IMG/VR virus record: IMGVR_UViG_3300036766_000184
Span: 23,864-87,863 of that record
Length of the DNA stretch: 64,000 nt
Reading direction: 5' to 3' (one strand)
Source of the DNA: a virus
The notes below the pieces were generated by a model, which did not search any database, had not been told where the DNA came from, and worked only from the letters and a program-made list of their open reading frames with translations. This document shows, one piece after another, positions 59,387 through 64,000 of this stretch. How positions within the stretch are numbered: the first letter of the stretch is position 1; each line of letters starts with the position of its first letter. The position numbers and the translations under genes were made by a program.

Positions 59387-60136
59387 ATGACGCGACTGTA
59401 CTCGACGCTGATGACCGTGTTCCTGTTGGCGACGATGAGTCTGTCGCCGCTCGGGATCGACCTGCTCGGGGCCTCGCCCGCCGTCGCCCAGAGCCAAAGC
59501 CAGCGCTTCTGGCTCCAGGCGCAAGGTGACAACGGCTCCAGCCTGACCTCTGGCCGGTGCCGCATCCTCAACGCCGGACTCCAGACGGATGCGACGATCT
59601 ACACGGACGGCACGCTCGGGACTGCGGCGACCAACCCGCTGACCCTCAACACGACCACGGGTCAGTGCGAGTTCTACATGAGCGGCTCGGCGGTCGACGT
59701 CGAGGTCTGGATCACGGACGGAACCTACAAGGGCTCGCTCGCGCGGATCTACAACTTCGGACGGACCAGTACCAAGAATGTCCTATTCGGTCGTGGGCAC
59801 GTCATGAAGTCCATCACGGTGCCGATGCCGGCCAGCGCCTCGTCAGCTACGGTGTCTTCTGGGATCACGCTTCCCGTCGGCGCGATGGTGACGCACGCGG
59901 TTGTGGAAACGACGACGGCGGGCACGTCCTCGACGGCCCTCGTCGGGTTCTCGCCCGGCGCCATCAACGCGATCTGCTCGGGCGCCTCGACGGCCGCCAT
60001 CGGGGTGGTCGATTGCAACCCGACCAAGTTCCTCGTGACGAGCGGGAACAACACGATCGCCTACACACCGCAGGGGCATGCCAGCGCGGGGTACATCACA
60101 GTCGTTTACCATCTCGGGTCGATCTCCGGGCCGTAG
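59387..60136 (+). CDS. Exported Ser/Thr-rich head-spike/decoration-like protein
   Basis: Signal peptide ending PAVA-Q; ATIYTD...TNPLTL...GQCEFY head-binding-like domain; TLPVGAMV...VETTTA...VG...GYITVVY jelly-roll-like domain. Confidence 0.6.
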   Translation: MTRLYSTLMTVFLLATMSLSPLGIDLLGASPAVAQSQSQRFWLQAQGDNGSSLTSGRCRILNAGLQTDATIYTDGTLGTAATNPLTLNTTTGQCEFYMSGSAVDVEVWITDGTYKGSLARIYNFGRTSTKNVLFGRGHVMKSITVPMPASASSATVSSGITLPVGAMVTHAVVETTTAGTSSTALVGFSPGAINAICSGASTAAIGVVDCNPTKFLVTSGNNTIAYTPQGHASAGYITVVYHLGSISGP

Positions 60137-60142
60137 TCGCGC

Positions 60143-60172
60143 TTGACGGCGGCACCGGGACCAGCGTAGATT
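60143..60172 (+). promoter_or_regulatory. Promoter of the RNA island
   Basis: TTGACG, 18 bp, TAGATT. Confidence 0.55.
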
Positions 60173-60332
60173 CAGCGGGCGACCTCGTGATGGGGTCGCC
60201 CGAGTTCTTTTCCACTTGAATAGATACCGTCGCTAGTCGCGTCGAGGCGGATACTCGCCCGAGCCCAAGGTCGCAACGGGCTGGGCACAGAGGCTGCCGA
60301 TCGCCACGGATCAGTGCGGCGCGAACCGCGAA

Positions 60333-60448
60333 CCGCTGCATGTGGAGCCCGAAACATAACCACGCGGGCGCATCCTCTGCTGGACCAGATCACCTGGCAG
60401 GGGTGTCACCCCTCGGGCCAGTGTGGGATGGGAGTAGGGACGCAGCGG
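60333..60448 (+). ncRNA. Candidate structured RNA
   Basis: ccgctgc/gcagcgg closing stem, gcccga/tcgggc, catcctctgc/gcaggggtg inner stem. Confidence 0.4.
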
Positions 60449-60487
60449 AACAAATCTACTGCCCGCGCGGGCAGTGAAATGACACAC

Positions 60488-60565
60488 GTTGACGTTCGGC
60501 TAGTCAGGTTAAGCCCCGAGACCGTGGCTCTCGGTACACCGGTTCAACTCCGGTACGTCAACCCA
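60488..60565 (+). tRNA. tRNA-His (GUG) with encoded G-1 and CCA
   Basis: Full cloverleaf: G-1:C73, acceptor ttgacgt/acgtcaa, D ggct/agcc, anticodon cgaga-ccGTGgc-tctcg, T accgg-ttcaact-ccggt. Confidence 0.9.
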
Positions 60566-60566
60566 T

Positions 60567-60688
60567 CTCGCCCAGCGAGACGCGAGCGATGCTACGAAGT
60601 CAGTCTGAGGCTAGTCAGTCGCCGATGAAAGTCGGAGGACAGAGCCTCACGGCAGAAGATCGGCGTGGCCCGTGGTCGGCTGGGCGAG
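60567..60688 (+). ncRNA. Rod-like RNA with central bubble
   Basis: ctcgcccagc/gctgggcgag, tgaggct/agcctca, ccga/tcgg. Confidence 0.55.
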
Positions 60689-60731
60689 TTCAATTCACAG
60701 ATAGAGCAGTCGATGTGATAATGTCGGAGGC

Positions 60732-61145
60732 ATGGAGAGGTTAGCGTATAACGCCTACATGCGCCCTTATCTGCGCACTCGATACCGAGAACGCAGGATT
60801 CGTATTATTGCGGCCCTGGGCGGTAAATGTGTGGTGTGCTGTGCCGTCAAGGGGCTCGAAGTAGATCACGTTGATGCAGCAAGCAAGGGGAAGGACTCTC
60901 GGCGTCTCTGGACAGCTTCCGAGGCTATTTTGCAACGCGAGATAGATAAATGTCAGCTTCTATGCCGTCGATGTCACGCTATCAAAACGCTATCTGAGCG
61001 AGGTCAGGTACCGGCTCGCGGTACACATGGGACGCTGTCTGCATACCGATACTGTAAATGTTCTGAATGCCGATCGGCTAACACGCTCTGGCATCGTATG
61101 AAATATGGTCAAGCCGCTCACTCGCCAGAGCAGCGACAGGATTAA
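60732..61145 (+). CDS. HNH endonuclease next to tRNA
   Basis: LGGKCVVC..LEVDHVD...EIDKCQLLCRRCH..KT; HGT..Y..CKC..C tail; AT-richer than flanks. Confidence 0.88.
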   Translation: MERLAYNAYMRPYLRTRYRERRIRIIAALGGKCVVCCAVKGLEVDHVDAASKGKDSRRLWTASEAILQREIDKCQLLCRRCHAIKTLSERGQVPARGTHGTLSAYRYCKCSECRSANTLWHRMKYGQAAHSPEQRQD

Positions 61146-61201
61146 TCCAGCCCACCACTTTCCTCTTGCATTCCTCGTTCGATCTCTCGTACATTGTGTC
61201 G

Positions 61202-61477
61202 GTGAGTTCACGTAGATATTCCATCCTGCTCGCCCTCCTCGCCTGGACGCTCTACCTCGGCGGTAGCGGACGGAACGTAATGTTCTCCGGGATGACTGAG
61301 TGCGTGTCCGACACGTACAGATGTCTTGCTCCGGGCCACACGATCTGGTCCTACGATGCGAGCCGATTGACACCAGGCCAGTTCCGTCAGTTCTCCGGCG
61401 GGCTCGTTATCAAGACCTCCAAGGGTAAGGTGATCGTCCATCACGGGCCGTACCAGTTGGTCGGGGAGAAGCCGTGA
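61202..61477 (+). CDS. Small exported/membrane protein
   Basis: Hydrophobic N-terminus and a Cys pair; promoter TTGCAT-18-TACATT at 61166-61195. Confidence 0.5.
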   Translation: MSSRRYSILLALLAWTLYLGGSGRNVMFSGMTECVSDTYRCLAPGHTIWSYDASRLTPGQFRQFSGGLVIKTSKGKVIVHHGPYQLVGEKP

Positions 61478-61973
61478 CGTGCGGGCGATGCGGCAGCGCG
61501 GGCCATACCGAATGCCTGTCGACGCCACCGCATGTTGACCACTGGACGGATGCGAGGCCCACGTCGCCGCCCGACTGTGCTCGGTACGGCGAGTTCATGC
61601 CTAACTGTGGGCAGTCCGAGGGCGAAGATTCGTGTTGGGCGTGCGGACTACCAGCAGCGCAGCACCACCTATCGACGCGTCCGATCCCGATGTTCAAGGA
61701 GAAGCCGTGAACCTCCCGGACGGCCTGACCGCGCCGCAGTTCAAGGCCGTCGAGGCCCTGTTAGAGCAAGACTACGGGCTGACGCTCGCCAGCGTCCCGC
61801 CCAAGGTCGGCGCCGCGCTCATCGCAAAGGGCTGGGCCGAGCCGCAGGTGGTGACCATGGGGCACGACAGGCTCGGGCCGATCACCGTCAACGCCTACCT
61901 GCTCACGATCCGGGGCCACATGCTCTACTGCGAGTGGGCCGCGAAGCAGCGGTCGGAGATCGACGCGCCGTGA
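61474..61973 (+). CDS. Two small hypothetical genes (61474-61710 Cys-rich; 61707-61973)
   Basis: GTGA overlaps, GGAG RBSs. Confidence 0.55.
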
Positions 61974-62350
61974 CCCGCCACCTCGTGTCGGGCTTCGTCG
62001 TGCTTAGCGCCTTGGTGGCTATGGCGTGGGTGGTGTCGGGCGCGATGGTCGCGCACGACGACAACATCCGCCAAGAAACGCGGGCGCTGCTAGAAACCAA
62101 GGCGCAGCAGGAGTTGTTAGCCCGGCGTATTTTCTGGCGCTGGTGGCTCGTGCAGACGAATGAGAGTACGGGCGGCGCGCCGTATATCCATACCATCGAA
62201 GTCTTCGCTGAGGATCATCTGGAGGCGTGTGAACAGAGGCGTTCGGAGATGTCGGAACATGCGGCGGTGACAGCGAAGACGGTCGGTCCTCATTACATTG
62301 AGCGCGTGAGTCACTGTCGCGGCGCCCATCTCGTCGAGCACAAGCGATGA
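61970..62350 (+). CDS. Membrane-anchored Cys-pair protein
   Basis: N-terminal TM; WWLVQ...F....EACEQ...HC. Confidence 0.55.
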   Translation: MTRHLVSGFVVLSALVAMAWVVSGAMVAHDDNIRQETRALLETKAQQELLARRIFWRWWLVQTNESTGGAPYIHTIEVFAEDHLEACEQRRSEMSEHAAVTAKTVGPHYIERVSHCRGAHLVEHKR

Positions 62351-63666
62351 CGCACCGCCTCGTCCTCGCCTGCTCGTTCTTGGTCCTGAGCGCCGTCCCC
62401 TTCCCGGTCAGCCTCGCGAGCTTCGGCCGCACGAACCCCATGGAGGCATGGCCGACCGTGCTCTTTGTGGTCCTGGGCCTGCTCGGGCTCACGGTCACGA
62501 CATTCCGGCCGGTGCCGCACGCCTTTGTCGCCTTCTACGCCTGGGCGCTCGTCCGGGTTCTGCTCGGCGGCTTCGACAACCGGGCGACGTGGTGCTTGTT
62601 GGTCCTCGTGGCCGGGATCGGGGTCTTCCGGCTGATGGCCGAGTTGCCCGCCGGGCACGACGTGGTGCTCGGCATCACGATCGCGGGCGTCGTGGCGCTC
62701 CAGGTGGCCCTCGGCATCCTGGACGTGATGAAGATCAACCCCTGGATCGCGGTCACCTACCCGGACATGGTCGGCAAGCCGCACGGGCTGCTCTATCACC
62801 CGAACCACTACGGGCTCTACCTCGCGCTGGCCCTGCCGGTCCTGATCGTGCTCACGGGGCATGCCTGCCGCTTGATGGCGGGATGGCGACGGTGGGGCAC
62901 GATCGCGGCCGGGAGCTTCGTCGTCTCGGCGGTCATCACGCTCCTGATCGCGTCCGGGTCTCGCATCGCGCTCGGTGGGCTGGTGATCGTTCTCGCGTGG
63001 GCGGTCTCGATGGCGGGGCGCGCGTTGGCACGACTCGTACCGGACGACCGGCGCTGGACGTGGGCGGCTTGCTCGGTCTTTGCGGCAGCGCTCGCGGTCG
63101 TCATCTGGCGGTTCGTCGGCCGACAGCAGATCGACTCTCTCGGCGGCCGGACCCCTATGTGGACGGTCGGGGCCGTGGAACTCTCGACGTGGACGTGGCC
63201 GTCCTTCCTGTTCGGCGGCGGCTTCGGCTCGTGGGCTACGTGGGCAACGCATCCGGGCGGGCGGCTCCGCGGCCTTGGGGTCCCCGAACTCGGCATCCCG
63301 CCCCAGAACGCCTTCTCGGGGTGGTGGACCGAGGCGCACAACATCGGGATGCAGGTGACCTTTGAGATCGGGATCGTTGGGCTCCTGCTCGGGGCCTGGG
63401 TCGTGTGGGCGCTGATCCGGCTGGTAGGTGGGGGTTTCGCTGGCAAGCGTCACCACTTCCTTGTGCAACTGAAGAACGATTCAGCGTGGACGGTGTCGGA
63501 CACCATCGCCGCGACGCGAACATCTGCATTCACGCTCTGGCCCGAAGCCTGGGCTATCGTGCTCCTGATCGGCCTCATGGCGATGCACTTCACCCTCGTC
63601 TTCCACCACGCGGCGCTGGCGGTCGTGACCATCACGGCGGCGGCGAGGCTGTGGGCGCGGCGATAA
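62347..63666 (+). CDS. O-antigen ligase family (WaaL/Wzy_C/O-OTase-like) polytopic membrane protein
   Basis: About 11-12 hydrophobic helices; HPNHYG, SGSR, GRTPMW, FGGGFGSW, EAHN...FEIGIVG. Confidence 0.88.
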   Translation: MTHRLVLACSFLVLSAVPFPVSLASFGRTNPMEAWPTVLFVVLGLLGLTVTTFRPVPHAFVAFYAWALVRVLLGGFDNRATWCLLVLVAGIGVFRLMAELPAGHDVVLGITIAGVVALQVALGILDVMKINPWIAVTYPDMVGKPHGLLYHPNHYGLYLALALPVLIVLTGHACRLMAGWRRWGTIAAGSFVVSAVITLLIASGSRIALGGLVIVLAWAVSMAGRALARLVPDDRRWTWAACSVFAAALAVVIWRFVGRQQIDSLGGRTPMWTVGAVELSTWTWPSFLFGGGFGSWATWATHPGGRLRGLGVPELGIPPQNAFSGWWTEAHNIGMQVTFEIGIVGLLLGAWVVWALIRLVGGGFAGKRHHFLVQLKNDSAWTVSDTIAATRTSAFTLWPEAWAIVLLIGLMAMHFTLVFHHAALAVVTITAAARLWARR

Positions 63667-63667
63667 C

Positions 63668-64000
63668 ATGGAGACCGATATGGCAGGCCAGCGGAAGCGC
63701 ATCACGTCGATCACATCCGCCGAGCGCGACCGATTCGGGGAATGGGTTGAGCGCTGGACCGCCATTGGGCTCTCGACGGCTGAGGCAGATCGCGATCTGT
63801 TCGAGCGCGCGGCCCGCCGGTGTTACCGCTTCGCTGATCTTACCGAACCGCGCGCGATTGTGTGGGTCGAATCGCCACTCGTTGCGTGTATCGCTGGGCC
63901 GCTCGCTGCGATAGAGATAGCCGTTAGACGGGGCTCGGCGGTGGACTCTGCGGTGGACTCGGCGGTGCGCTAGGCGGTGCGCTCGGCGGTGGACTTGGCG
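63668..64000 (+). pseudogene. DUF6745-like protein with SAVx repeats and an in-frame TAG; runs off window
   Basis: W..IGLST..ADR...CYRFA....P..IVWVESP; 12-bp repeats continue in frame past TAG at 63971. Confidence 0.6.

Noticed and set aside
60567-60688. SRP RNA or hammerhead ribozyme
   Set aside because: Lacks the CAGG..GNRA..AGCA SRP motif and the CUGANGA/GAAA core
60690-61160. HNH inside a group I intron splitting a second tRNA
   Set aside because: Could not find tRNA halves or P7 core sequences; the gene has its own -10 and RBS
63971-63973. Genome-wide amber recoding
   Set aside because: TAG ends well-defined genes (capsid, giant protein, tnpB) and no CUA tRNA was seen
1-64000. Integrase, att sites, terminase large subunit, portal
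   Set aside because: No recognisable motifs in this window; lifestyle and genome ends cannot be determined here

Overview
A 64-kb, GC-rich segment of a tailed bacteriophage or prophage with podovirus-like architecture. No terminase large subunit, portal or integrase is recognisable in the window. In order, it contains: the tail of a DNA methyltransferase; the virion module (scaffold, N4-gp56/DUF4043-like capsid, HNH, adaptor, nozzle, tail fibre plus chaperone, two internal proteins and a 4873-aa polyvalent protein); a lysis-like cluster; a tRNA-like RNA; recombination and replication genes; an RtcB plus ATP-dependent RNA ligase operon; a leftward cluster of small genes; an RHH-TnpB cassette; a 3345-bp transposon carrying a BglII-like R-M system, inserted into a beta-clamp-like gene; an exported head-spike-like protein; an ncRNA/tRNA-His/HNH island; and an O-antigen-ligase-family membrane protein. 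The best candidate for a new system is a set of virion appendages (tail fibre, its chaperone, head spike) that all carry Sec-type signal peptides and Cys pairs, together with a phage WaaL/O-OTase-like enzyme. This suggests periplasmic folding and possibly glycosylation of virion parts. Other notable signals are a sevenfold linker motif in the polyvalent protein, a GTGAGTTCAC operator shared by several promoters, and a C4/CI-like antisense RNA before the replication initiator. All family assignments come from reading motifs by eye; no searches or folding programs were run.
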